A DNA stretch of 63,999 nt, the filler included. It is 5 parts of 5 records of this genome, joined end to end, with 100 filler letters (N's around TTAATTAATTAA, not from the genome) between each part and the next. Parts side by side here need not be neighbours in the genome. Positions count along the whole stretch, not along the records: positions 1 to 13,949 come from DRR723986_3078; positions 14,050 to 22,870 come from DRR723986_3081; 3 more parts are not named here. One strand, written 5' to 3'. Shown here one piece after another: positions 9,696 through 19,409 of the stretch. The translations under genes were made by a program, and so were the position numbers. The notes under the pieces are model-generated. The model saw nothing but the letters and a program-made list of their open reading frames with translations, was not told where the DNA came from and searched no databases. Each line of letters opens with the position of its first letter. Position 1 is the stretch's first letter.

Positions 9696-10241
9696 ATGAC
9701 TGATCTCGCCCAGACCTTCCGCCGCTTCGTCCTGCCCAGACGGCCAGGCCGCATGCCGATCCTGCTGCTCATCGCGGCCATCGCCTACGGGCTGGTCAGC
9801 TGGATGATCCTGAATTCGGCTGGCAATCCGCCAGTCCGTTTCCGGATCGATGTCACGCCCTTCCTTCAGGCTAGTTTCGTGATCAAGCTACACGTGCTGG
9901 GTGCAGTGACAGCGTTTGCCATCGGGGTCGTGCTGTTGCGCGGGGTGAAAGGGTCAGGTTTGCATCGCAAGCTTGGCTACACCTGGGTCGCGGCGATGGC
10001 GGTGACGGCGGTCAGCTCTTTCTTCATCACGGGGCTGAACGGAGCGAATTTCAGCTTCATTCACGGCCTCTCGGCCTGGACCGTCATCGGCCTGCCGATG
10101 GGAATCGCGGCGGCGCGGCGCAAGAATATCCGCAAGCATTCGAAGGATATGACCAACATGTTTGTGGGTGGCCTCCTGATCGCCGGCCTGTTCACTTTCC
10201 TTCCGGGACGCATGCTCTGGTCGATTTTCTTTGCAGTGTGA
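9696..10241 (+). CDS. DUF2306 family membrane protein
   Basis: KGSGLHRKLGYTWV, SFIHGLS, H...M, FTFLPGR motifs. Confidence 0.85.
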   Translation: MTDLAQTFRRFVLPRRPGRMPILLLIAAIAYGLVSWMILNSAGNPPVRFRIDVTPFLQASFVIKLHVLGAVTAFAIGVVLLRGVKGSGLHRKLGYTWVAAMAVTAVSSFFITGLNGANFSFIHGLSAWTVIGLPMGIAAARRKNIRKHSKDMTNMFVGGLLIAGLFTFLPGRMLWSIFFAV

Positions 10242-10310
10242 CGGTGTTGGCCCTTACCGCTTCGCCGAAAGGCCGCTACACGAAGGTGTAGCCAGAAAAG
10301 AGAGCGGGAG

Positions 10311-11477
10311 ATGAAGAGGGCAGCCCTATTGGCATCATTGATCGGTCTCGCCGCCTGCCAGGCGCCGGGGCCGATTTCCATTCCGGGAATTACGCGGGCA
10401 CCGCAGAGTGCCGAAGATGCGCTGGAGGGGTACTATCGCGGACTGCCGGATGACTATTACCCGGTCGCGCCGGAAGGCCTGCCGCTGCCACCTTCCGATA
10501 CGGCTCTGACGCGTATCCTGGTCGGGTCCTGCCTCGATGAAGAGAAAGGCGACAGCGAAGCGATGCGTTCTGTCGCCGCCACGCCGGCAGACCTGTTCCT
10601 GATGATCGGCGACAATGTCTATGGGGACACGGACGGGCGGGCCTATCGCACCGGAGATGCGGACCTGACCGAACTGCGCGAGAGCCTGTCAGACCTCGCG
10701 GCCCGGGAAGACTTCCAGGCTGTGCGCAAGGCGCACCCGATGATGGTGGCCTGGGACGATCATGATTATGGCCTCAATGATGGCGGCAAGCATTTCGCCT
10801 TCCGGCGCCTGTCGGAGCGGATTCACGAGCGGTTCTGGGGCCTTGCCGATAAGGATGTCGGTGCCTGGCCCGGCACATACTATTCCCGCAGCTTCGGCCC
10901 GGAAGGGCAGCGCACCCAGATCATCATGCTGGACACGCGTTTCTTCCGGTCTGACCTGACCGACACCGACGATGCCAGCGTGAAGGGCAAGGAGCGCTAC
11001 ATTCCCTCCAGCGATCCCATTCAGGACATGCTGGGCAACGATCAGTGGACCTGGCTGGAGAACGAGCTTCAGAAGCCGGCGGACCTGCGTCTGATCGTTT
11101 CGTCGATCCAGGTGATTTCGGATGCGCATGGCTGGGAGGCGTGGTCGCGCCTGCCGGCGGAACGCGAGCGGCTGTACAGCCTGATCAACGAGACCGGTGC
11201 AAACGGTGTCGTGTTCGTCTCGGGCGACCGGCACACCGGCTTCCTCTACCGGGCCGATGGCGTGCTGTCTTATCCGGCCTACGAACTGACCGCGTCTTCT
11301 TTCAATGTGTCCTACCGGGATACGACCGATGAAATGGATGCGGCCCAGATCGGCGCGGGGTACCCAAAAGAGAATTTCGGATCACTGGATATTAACTGGA
11401 CCGAGGGTACGGTGACGCTCGCAATCCACGCCAGTGACGGCTCCACTGTCGAGGAAACAACCGACAAGTTCAGGTAG
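10311..11477 (+). CDS. phoD: Alkaline phosphatase D family lipoprotein
   Basis: GSC, GDNVYGD, WDDHDYG, LDTR, SGDRH metal motifs; lipobox LAAC. Confidence 0.9.
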   Translation: MKRAALLASLIGLAACQAPGPISIPGITRAPQSAEDALEGYYRGLPDDYYPVAPEGLPLPPSDTALTRILVGSCLDEEKGDSEAMRSVAATPADLFLMIGDNVYGDTDGRAYRTGDADLTELRESLSDLAAREDFQAVRKAHPMMVAWDDHDYGLNDGGKHFAFRRLSERIHERFWGLADKDVGAWPGTYYSRSFGPEGQRTQIIMLDTRFFRSDLTDTDDASVKGKERYIPSSDPIQDMLGNDQWTWLENELQKPADLRLIVSSIQVISDAHGWEAWSRLPAERERLYSLINETGANGVVFVSGDRHTGFLYRADGVLSYPAYELTASSFNVSYRDTTDEMDAAQIGAGYPKENFGSLDINWTEGTVTLAIHASDGSTVEETTDKFR

Positions 11478-11482
11478 GCAGA

Positions 11483-12847
11483 ATGCCTCTCAGTCCCTCG
11501 ATGTCCGACACGCGTAACGTGATTGTCCTCATCATCGCCGTGATGATCCTGCAGATTGCCGGCGGGTTGATCAGCGTGCTGACACCTCTTGGCCTCGAAG
11601 CGATGGGCACGCCGCCCCAGGCGATCGGCCTGATCGCGGCACTCTATGCAGCTGGCTTCATGCTGGGCGCGTGGCTCGCCCCGCGGGCGCTGGCGACGTT
11701 CGGCCATATCCGCCTGTTCGCTGCGGCCTCTGCCATGAACGCGGTGAGCGTGCTGTCGCTGTCGCTGGTGCATGATGCGGTCTACTGGGCGCCGCTCCGC
11801 GTGATCATGGGCGTGACGCTCGCCTTCAGCTTCACCAGCATCGAAAGCTGGCTCGGCAGCGCGGTGCCGCAGCAGTCTCGCGGAAATGTGATGGGCATCT
11901 ATCACACCGGGGCAAAGCTCTCGCTGATGATCGGCCCGTTCTTCGTGGCGGGCCTGTCGCCGCTGGACACGCGGGCCTACACTTGGGCGGCGCTTTTCCT
12001 GTCGCTGGCTCTCGTGCCTGTCTGCCTGACGCGCAAGGAACAGCCGCCCGTGCCGGAGCGCCGCTCCATGCCGCTGAAGGCGCTCTACCAGCTGGCGCCT
12101 GCCGCGGTTCTGGGCGCGCTGATCGCCGGGACGGTGAACACGGGTACGCAGTCGCTTCTGCCGATCTATTTCGAAGGCTTCGAGATCGGGGGAGGAGGCA
12201 CGGCCGCGGCCGCCATCGCCAGTGCGTCGGCGTGGGCTGGCGGACTGCTGCTGCAATGGCCCGCCGGGCGCCTGTCTGACCGAATCGAACGCCGCCTCGT
12301 GATCGCGGGCCTTGGCGCCATGTCGGCGATGGCTGCCCTGTTCATTGCATTTTTCGGCACTCGCCTCAGCGAAATGTCCGTCATCATTGCCCTCGGCTTC
12401 TGGGGCGCCGGGGCGCTGTCCTTCTACAGCCTGTGCGTGGCGCACGCGATCGACCGGACGCCCAAGGTCCTGATTCCGCAGGTCATGTCAGGCCTGCTGT
12501 TCGTCTGGGCCGGGGGATCGATCATCGGGCCGCTCCTGTCAGGCTTTGCCATGCGTGCGGACGGCGAATTCGGCCTGTTCGGTCTGGCGGGCCTGCTGCT
12601 GATCGTGCTGACCGTCGTGATGGTGATGCGCGTGCGCACCAAGCCGGTTGCGATCGAGGACAAGCTGGCCGAGTGGAGCCCCGTGCTGCCGACGCCTCTG
12701 GCCAGCGTCAAACTCGATCCGCGCATGTCTGAACGCACCCAGGAACAGGCCGGGGAGACCGCTGAGGAAGATACCTCGGAAGTAGCACCGGAAGATGCCC
12801 CGGATTCCCCGGCGGTCATTGAGGCGGACACTGAGTCCAAAGTTTAG
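11483..12847 (+). CDS. MFS transporter (YcaD-like) with acidic C-terminal tail
   Basis: 12 TM pattern; FGHIRLF, IESWL, QWPAGRLSDRIERR. Confidence 0.88.
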   Translation: MPLSPSMSDTRNVIVLIIAVMILQIAGGLISVLTPLGLEAMGTPPQAIGLIAALYAAGFMLGAWLAPRALATFGHIRLFAAASAMNAVSVLSLSLVHDAVYWAPLRVIMGVTLAFSFTSIESWLGSAVPQQSRGNVMGIYHTGAKLSLMIGPFFVAGLSPLDTRAYTWAALFLSLALVPVCLTRKEQPPVPERRSMPLKALYQLAPAAVLGALIAGTVNTGTQSLLPIYFEGFEIGGGGTAAAAIASASAWAGGLLLQWPAGRLSDRIERRLVIAGLGAMSAMAALFIAFFGTRLSEMSVIIALGFWGAGALSFYSLCVAHAIDRTPKVLIPQVMSGLLFVWAGGSIIGPLLSGFAMRADGEFGLFGLAGLLLIVLTVVMVMRVRTKPVAIEDKLAEWSPVLPTPLASVKLDPRMSERTQEQAGETAEEDTSEVAPEDAPDSPAVIEADTESKV

Positions 12848-12950
12848 TACCCAGCTGGTTGCGGCGACACTCAGGCCTGTTATATAGCGGCCCACCACGC
12901 TGGGGCAGTGACCCTGCCGGGGCGGACCAGGCAAACAAGGCAAGAGCAGA

Positions 12951-13949
12951 ATGAACATCCACGAATACCAGGCCAAAGCCGTGCTGAAATCTTTCGGCGC
13001 GCCGGTCGCGGACGGCGTGCCCGTCCTGTCTCTGGACGATGTCCAGAAAGCTGTCGACACACTTCCCGGACCGCTCTGGGTCGTTAAATCGCAGATCCAC
13101 GCTGGCGGCCGCGGCAAAGGCAAATTCGTGGAGCCGGAAGCCGGCGAAAAGGGCGGCGTTCGCCTCGCCTTCAGCAAGGAAGACGTCAAGAAATTCGCTG
13201 AGCAGATGCTCGGCAAGCACCTCGTCACCGCGCAGACTGGCCCGGAAGGCAAACAGGTGAACCGTCTCTATATTGAGGACGGCGCCGACATCGATCGCGA
13301 ACTCTATCTCTCCATGCTGGTTGACCGCAGCACGTCGCGCGTCGCCTTCATGGTCTCCACCGAAGGCGGCATGGACATCGAACAGGTGGCCCACGACACG
13401 CCGGAGAAGATCCTGACTCTCAGCATCGACCCGGACACCGGCGTGACAGATGCCGACATTGCCAAGCTCAATGCAGCGCTAAAGCTGGACGGAACGGCCG
13501 CTGAAGACGGCAAGAAACTGTTCCCGATCCTCTACAAGGCGTTCACCGAGAAGGACATGAGCCTGCTCGAAGTGAACCCGCTGATCGTCATGGAAGACGG
13601 CCATCTGCGCGTCTTGGACGCCAAGGTGTCCTTTGATGGCAACGCCCTGTTCCGCCACTCGGACATCGTCGACCTGCGCGACAAGACCGAGGAAGACGAG
13701 AAGGAAATCGAGGCCTCCGAATGGGACCTCGCCTACATCGCCCTCGACGGCACCATCGGCTGCATGGTCAATGGCGCAGGCCTCGCCATGGCGACGATGG
13801 ACATCATCAAGCTGTACGGTGAAGAGCCGGCCAACTTCTGTGACGTCGGCGGCGGCGCCGGCAAGGAGAAAGTGGCTGCTGCCTTCAAGATCATCATGAA
13901 GGACCCGAACGTGAAGGGCATCCTCGTGAACATCTTCGGCGGCATCATG
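12951..13949 (+). CDS. sucC: Succinyl-CoA synthetase beta subunit, 3' truncated by contig end
   Basis: [39 protein letters not shown]. Confidence 0.97.
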
Positions 13950-14049
13950 NNNNNNNNNNNNNNNNNNNNNNNNNNNNNNNNNNNNNNNNNNNNTTAATTA
14001 ATTAANNNNNNNNNNNNNNNNNNNNNNNNNNNNNNNNNNNNNNNNNNNN
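13950..14049. other. Artificial contig linker
   Basis: N44-TTAATTAATTAA-N44, stops in all six frames. Confidence 0.99.
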
Positions 14050-15085
14050 CTCGCATAATTTCAACATGATGCTGGCCAACGGTGGAAGTCTCTACATTGA
14101 CGACGGCAAGCCGGTGAAGGGCCTGTTCGAACGGACGGTGGAGAACCTGTCGTTGAAGACCGGTACGCTGGTGTTCAACGTGCCGCTTGGCTTCGGCATG
14201 CTGCTGAAGGCGCTGGAAGCGGACGCGAACCTGCGTCAGCGCTTCTTCGAGGATCTGGACCTGATCTTCTATGCAGGGGCCTCCCTTCCGCAGGAGGTCT
14301 GGTCCGGATTTGAGCGCATGGCGATGGAGGTCAAGGGCGAGGTGCCCTTGATGACGTCTTCCTGGGGACTGACCGAAACAGCGCCCTCGGCCCTGATGCA
14401 GCAGGAACCTGCACCCCACTCCGGCATTGTCGGTGTTCCGGTGAGCGGCGTCACCGTCAAGCTTTTACCCGATGCGGACATGCGCTGCGAAGTTCGCGTG
14501 AAGGGCCCCAACGTGATGCCCGGCTATCTCAACGATCCTGAAAAGACCGCCGCGGCCTTCGATGAAGAAGGGTTCTTCATCACCGGGGATGCGATGCTGT
14601 TTCTTGATCCGGCGGACGCAAACAAGGGCATGCGCTTTGACGGCCGGATATCGGAAGATTTCAAGCTGCAGTCCGGCACCTGGGTGCGGGCGGCGCAGCT
14701 GAAGCTGGACATGCTGTCCCGTCTCGCACCGCTTGCCGCAGACCTGATCATCACCGGCGCCGATCGGAAGCAGATCGGGGTGATGATCTTCCCGAATGTC
14801 GCGGAGCTGACCCGGGAAGGCTTTGACCTCAACGATGATGACGGAGCTTTCCGCTGCAAGCTGCTGCAGGGCGAAATCCACCGCCGGCTTTCGGCGCGCG
14901 CCCGCGAGATCAGCGGCAGCTCGACACTGGTGTCCCGCGCCATCGTGCTGTCTCAGCCCGCTTCCATGCCCGAAGGCGAGATGACCGCCAAGGGCAATCT
15001 GAACATCCGAAAGGTTCTGGCGCGCCGCGAGGCTCTGCTGGAACGGCTTTACACCGACGATGACCCCGCTGTGGTCACACTCTGA
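14050..15085 (+). CDS. fcs: Feruloyl-CoA synthase-like acyl-CoA ligase, 5' truncated
   Basis: GGSLYIDDGKP, WGLTETAP, GPNVMPGY, FDGRISEDFKL, EMTAKG. Confidence 0.85.
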
Positions 15086-15101
15086 TTGAGGAGCGCTTGA
15101 A

Positions 15102-15974
15102 ATGGTCGATATCACCAAGGTTCGCGCCATCGACATCCACACTCACGCCGAAGAGCCCTGCGGCTGTCATTCCGACGATGGCTATGACGACTTGCAGGCG
15201 ACGATGGCGAAATACTTCCGCGCGCCCTGGAGCCATCCGCCGACCGTACCGGAAACGGCAGCCCATTACCGCGAACAGAACATTGCGGCGGTAATCTTTC
15301 CGGTCGATGCCGAGCGCGAGACCGGCTACCGCCGCTACAAGAACGAGGAAGTGGCGGAGCTTGCCGCCGAAAACGACGATGTGCTGATCCCCTTCGCCTC
15401 CATCGATCCGCACAAGGGCAAGATGGGTGCGCGCGAGGCGCGGCGCCTGATGAGGGATTTCGGCATCAAGGGTTTCAAGTTCCACCCGACGATGCAGGGT
15501 TTTTACCCCAACGACCGGATGGCCTACGAACTTTACGAGGCGATTGCGGAAGAAGGCTCAATCGCGCTGTTCCACACCGGCCAGACGGGCGTCGGCAGCG
15601 GCATGCGCGGCGGCAACGGCATGCGGCTGAAATACTCCAACCCGATGTATATGGACGATGTCGCGGTCGATTTTCCCGACATGAAGATTATCCTCGCGCA
15701 CCCTTCTTTCCCCTGGCAGGAGGAAGCCCTGGCGGTCGCCCAGCACAAGCCGAATGTCTATATCGACCTCTCAGGTTGGTCGCCGAAGTATTTCCCGGAA
15801 ATCCTGGTGAAATACTGCAATTCGATCCTGAAGAAGAAGGTGCTGTTCGGCTCCGACTGGCCGATGATCACGCCGGAGCGCTGGCTGGCGGATTTCGAGA
15901 AGATCGCCATCAAGGACGAGCTACGGCCGGACATCATCAAGGGCAATGCGGCTAGGCTGCTGGGGCTGGCATGA
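15102..15974 (+). CDS. Amidohydrolase_2 family protein (aryl-beta-ketoacyl-CoA hydrolase, CouO-like)
   Basis: IDIHTH, KFHP, FHTGQTG, AHPSFPW, FGSDWP; directly follows fcs. Confidence 0.8.
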   Translation: MVDITKVRAIDIHTHAEEPCGCHSDDGYDDLQATMAKYFRAPWSHPPTVPETAAHYREQNIAAVIFPVDAERETGYRRYKNEEVAELAAENDDVLIPFASIDPHKGKMGAREARRLMRDFGIKGFKFHPTMQGFYPNDRMAYELYEAIAEEGSIALFHTGQTGVGSGMRGGNGMRLKYSNPMYMDDVAVDFPDMKIILAHPSFPWQEEALAVAQHKPNVYIDLSGWSPKYFPEILVKYCNSILKKKVLFGSDWPMITPERWLADFEKIAIKDELRPDIIKGNAARLLGLA

Positions 15975-16426
15975 TCACTCCGCAGCTCACCCATTTCTGC
16001 GACCTTGAAGTCGAACTGGGCCCTGTCCGGGAACTAGGCCAGGGCAGGGCGGGTGCGCGGCGGATCATCCCGATTGTCGGTGGCCGGGTGACAGGTCAGG
16101 TGTCTGGAACGGTGCTGGACATGGGCGCTGACTGGCAGACGATCCTGGCGGACGGTTCGGCCGACATCGACACCCGCTACGCCTTCGAGACAGACGACGG
16201 CGCGGTGATCGAGATCATCAACAAGGGTGTTCGCCATGGTCCGCCGGACGTGCTGCAAGCGCTTGCCCGCGGCGAGGATATCGACCCGACGCTCTATTAC
16301 TTCCGCACGGCGGCGCGGCTGGAGACCGGAGACCCGCGTTATGACTGGGTCAACAATACTCTCTTCGTCGGCACCGGCCGGCGGCTTGCCTCCGCCGTGC
16401 TTGTGTCCTTGTTTCGGGTGGGGTGA
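15971..16426 (+). CDS. DUF3237 family protein
   Basis: RRIIPIVGG, GADWQ, DTRYAFETDDGA, YYFRT...ETG...YDWVN. Confidence 0.9.
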   Translation: MITPQLTHFCDLEVELGPVRELGQGRAGARRIIPIVGGRVTGQVSGTVLDMGADWQTILADGSADIDTRYAFETDDGAVIEIINKGVRHGPPDVLQALARGEDIDPTLYYFRTAARLETGDPRYDWVNNTLFVGTGRRLASAVLVSLFRVG

Positions 16427-16493
16427 GGGCGGGAGTGAAGTTGTGATGTCGGGGCTCTCGAAACATTCCGAAACAAAGTCCTCGATCACCGAT

Positions 16494-16603
16494 CTCCTCA
16501 TCCTGAGGAGGACCTTCGGGTCCGTCTCGAAGGATGGGCCGCTTGCGCCGGAGTTTGCCGCCCATCCTTCGAGACGGGCTGGCGCCCTCCTCAGGATGAG
16601 GGG
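16494..16603. repeat. Intergenic palindromic element (REP/MITE-like)
   Basis: Perfect 15-bp outer arms (16497-16511/16586-16600) and 18-bp inner arms (16522-16539/16560-16577). Confidence 0.85.
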
Positions 16604-16652
16604 GAAATTGCAGCAACTGCTGTATCGCCGTTCCTTTGAAAGCCCGTAACCG

Positions 16653-18227
16653 ATGAAACCCTTCACCGCACCGCTTGACGATATCCTGTTCTGCCTGGCC
16701 CATGTTGCCGGGGCAGCCGATCTGCCGGACTTCGATGCGGATCTTGCCGCCGAGATCGGCGGTCATTTTGCTGCCTTTGCAGAAGAGCAGTTGGCCCCGT
16801 TGAACGAACCGGGCGACAGCCAGGGTTGCCGGCTGGTGGAGGGGCGGGTGCGCATGCCGGACGGGTTTCGCGAAGCCTATGCCGCCTATGCGGAACAGGG
16901 CTGGCCGGGATTGACGATCCCGGAAGCACTTGGCGGACAGGGGCTTGATGCAGGCGTACTTGCGATCACCTCGGAAATCTTCACCGGCGCCAACCACAGT
17001 CTGCAGATGGTGACGAGCCTTGCTGCGGGTGCCGCCCGCACCTTGCTGGCCTTTGGCACGGAAGATCAGCAGGCGCGCGTGATCCCGCAATTTGCCTCCG
17101 GCGAGGCCCTCGCCACCATGTGCCTGACCGAACCGGACGCGGGGTCCGATCTTTCCCGCATCCGTTGCCGGGCTGTGCAGGCTGGTGATGGTTGGTCAAT
17201 CAGCGGCGAGAAGATCTTCATCTCCGGCGGCGATCAGGACATGAGCGAGAAGATCCATCATCTGGTGCTGGCCCGCACGTCAGACGATGGCGTGAAGGGC
17301 CTGTCGCTGTTTCTGTGCCCGTGCACCCGCGCGGACGGCAGCCGCAACGCGGTAACCGTGACACGCATCGAGGAAAAGATGGGCCTGCATGCCTCGCCCA
17401 CCTGCCAGCTTGCTTTCGACGGCGCCGACGCCGAACTGGTCGGTCGGGAAGGCGAAGGCCTGAAGGCGATGTTCACGATGATGAACCATGCCCGCGTGGA
17501 TGTGGCCTTGCAGGGTGTTGCCCATGCCGCCCGCGCTGCGGATATCGCCAGCACCTATGCGGCGGAACGCAAGCAGGGCCGGGATGCCGCGGGCAAGCCG
17601 GTGACGCTGGATGGTCATGCCGACGTACGTCGCATGCTGGACGAGATCGATGCCCTTGCCCTTGGCGGACGAGCAATCGCGCACCTTGCGCTGGTCACGG
17701 TCGAAGCAGGCGAGAACCGGGCACTGGCGGAATTCCTGACACCGATCGCCAAGGCTTACTGCACGCAAGCCGGCATGCAGGCAACGGAGCTTGGCATGCA
17801 GGTGCTCGGCGGGTACGGCTATCTGAAGGAATACGTCCTGGAACAGTGCTACCGGGATGTGCGGATCACCGCGATTTATGAAGGTGCCAACGCCATTCAT
17901 GAAAGAGCACTGGTCACGCGTCTGCTGCCGGGCAAGGAAAGCGAGGCATTCCAGGAATTCCTGCGGGCCGAATGTCTGCGGAACGACAAGATTTACCCGC
18001 AACTGGGCGAGGTTGTCGCCAACTGGTGCCGGGTTAGGGATCGGGTGTTGCAGAGCGAGGACCCGACAGCCCTTGCCCATGACTTCATGAAACTGACGAG
18101 CAAGACCCTGTTGAAGGTCCTGTGGGCACGCATGGCGGAAAAGGCTGACCTCCATCCGGACCCTGAGCGGATCAGGCGGCTTGCAGGGAAAGTGCTTGAA
18201 AGGCCCGAGCTGGCGCTGAGCGCCTGA
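16653..18227 (+). CDS. Acyl-CoA dehydrogenase (DmdC/FadE-like long type)
   Basis: TMCLTEPDAGSDL, GEKIFISGG, EEKMGLHASPTC, QVLGGYGY, IYEG. Confidence 0.92.
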   Translation: MKPFTAPLDDILFCLAHVAGAADLPDFDADLAAEIGGHFAAFAEEQLAPLNEPGDSQGCRLVEGRVRMPDGFREAYAAYAEQGWPGLTIPEALGGQGLDAGVLAITSEIFTGANHSLQMVTSLAAGAARTLLAFGTEDQQARVIPQFASGEALATMCLTEPDAGSDLSRIRCRAVQAGDGWSISGEKIFISGGDQDMSEKIHHLVLARTSDDGVKGLSLFLCPCTRADGSRNAVTVTRIEEKMGLHASPTCQLAFDGADAELVGREGEGLKAMFTMMNHARVDVALQGVAHAARAADIASTYAAERKQGRDAAGKPVTLDGHADVRRMLDEIDALALGGRAIAHLALVTVEAGENRALAEFLTPIAKAYCTQAGMQATELGMQVLGGYGYLKEYVLEQCYRDVRITAIYEGANAIHERALVTRLLPGKESEAFQEFLRAECLRNDKIYPQLGEVVANWCRVRDRVLQSEDPTALAHDFMKLTSKTLLKVLWARMAEKADLHPDPERIRRLAGKVLERPELALSA

Positions 18228-18427
18228 GCCTGCACAGCAGTGAAATTCTTTTCTTCAAGGGGCAAGGGGCAAGGGGCACGAGCCCCTTGGGCAGCAATAT
18301 CTCGCCAAAAAGGCCGGGGATGAGGTTCTCTCTCGTTCTGCTTTTGCACGCCGGTCTGTTCCCGAAACCTTTTCAATGTCCGCAGCATCGCGCAAAGTAG
18401 CCCAAACCGATCACGCCGGGACGTTTC

Positions 18428-19336
18428 ATGCATCCGCTCAATCTCGATCAGCTGAGGGCCTTTCTGGCCGTTGTCCGCCATGGCGGCGTCAACAAGGCGG
18501 CGGGAAGTCTGAACCTGACGCAGCCGGCGGTGACGACGCGGATCAAGAGGCTTGAGGAAGCCCTGGGGACCGAGCTGTTTGAACGCTCGCCCGGCAGGCT
18601 GAAGCTGACCAAGCGCGGCGAGCTGCTGCAGACATTTGCCGAGCAGTTCGAGCGTCTGTCGGACAAGGTCGAAGAGACGGTGGTCTCCCGTGAGGGGATT
18701 GACCGCCATCTGCGCATTGGAGCCTCGGAAACCATTGCACAGTGCTGGCTGCCGGATCTGGTTGCCGCGCTGCGGGCCGACTTTCCCAATCTGATCGTGG
18801 AAATCAACGTCGATATCTCGGTGAACCTGCGCGCCGGTTTGCTCGACCGGGAAATCGATCTGGCCCTGTTGCTGGGGCCGATTTCGGAATATTCGGTCGA
18901 CAATATCGAGCTGCCCGGTTTCGACCTCGGCTGGTATGTGGCGGCGGACAGTCCGGCCAAGGGCGCGCAAGCCGAGACGCTTTTGCGGGAAAAACCCGTA
19001 ATCACCTACGCCCGGCACACGCGGCCTTACCGCGAGCTGAAAACACTGTTGTTCGAACGGGTTGCACCGGACGTGCAGATGTTCCCGTCGTCGTCTCTGT
19101 CTGCCTGTTTCAGGCTGGTGGAAGCAGGGCTCGGGGTCGCGGCACTGCCGAGGGCGCTGGCACGGCCCTATGTCGAGGGGGGAAGCATCGTCGAGTTCGA
19201 TCCGGGATGGGTACCGGATGCCCTGAGGTTTTCGGCGAGCTATCTCGGTGACCCGCGCAGCCACATCGTCGCGGCAGCTGCGAAGAAGGCGCTGGAGGTT
19301 GCGGTCGCTTACTCTGGCTATAAAAATCATTTATAA
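18428..19336 (+). CDS. LysR family transcriptional regulator
   Basis: N-terminal HTH LNLTQPAVTTRIKRLEEALG...LF.R; 302 aa. Confidence 0.95.
   Translation: MHPLNLDQLRAFLAVVRHGGVNKAAGSLNLTQPAVTTRIKRLEEALGTELFERSPGRLKLTKRGELLQTFAEQFERLSDKVEETVVSREGIDRHLRIGASETIAQCWLPDLVAALRADFPNLIVEINVDISVNLRAGLLDREIDLALLLGPISEYSVDNIELPGFDLGWYVAADSPAKGAQAETLLREKPVITYARHTRPYRELKTLLFERVAPDVQMFPSSSLSACFRLVEAGLGVAALPRALARPYVEGGSIVEFDPGWVPDALRFSASYLGDPRSHIVAAAAKKALEVAVAYSGYKNHL
19320..19334. promoter_or_regulatory. LysR-type box (ATAA-N7-TTAT)
   Basis: ATAAAAATCATTTAT, T-N11-A dyad in an AT-rich patch about 75 nt upstream of the DUF1445 start. Confidence 0.6.
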
Positions 19337-19409
19337 GATCTGCTAAAATCATTCAATTTGAGTTTATAACCGCAATGCGGGAGCCTTTCTCCAATGGAGG
19401 AGAGCCCCG

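Noticed and set aside
17993-19330. 445-aa minus-strand ORF
   Set aside because: Antisense shadow of the LysR gene.
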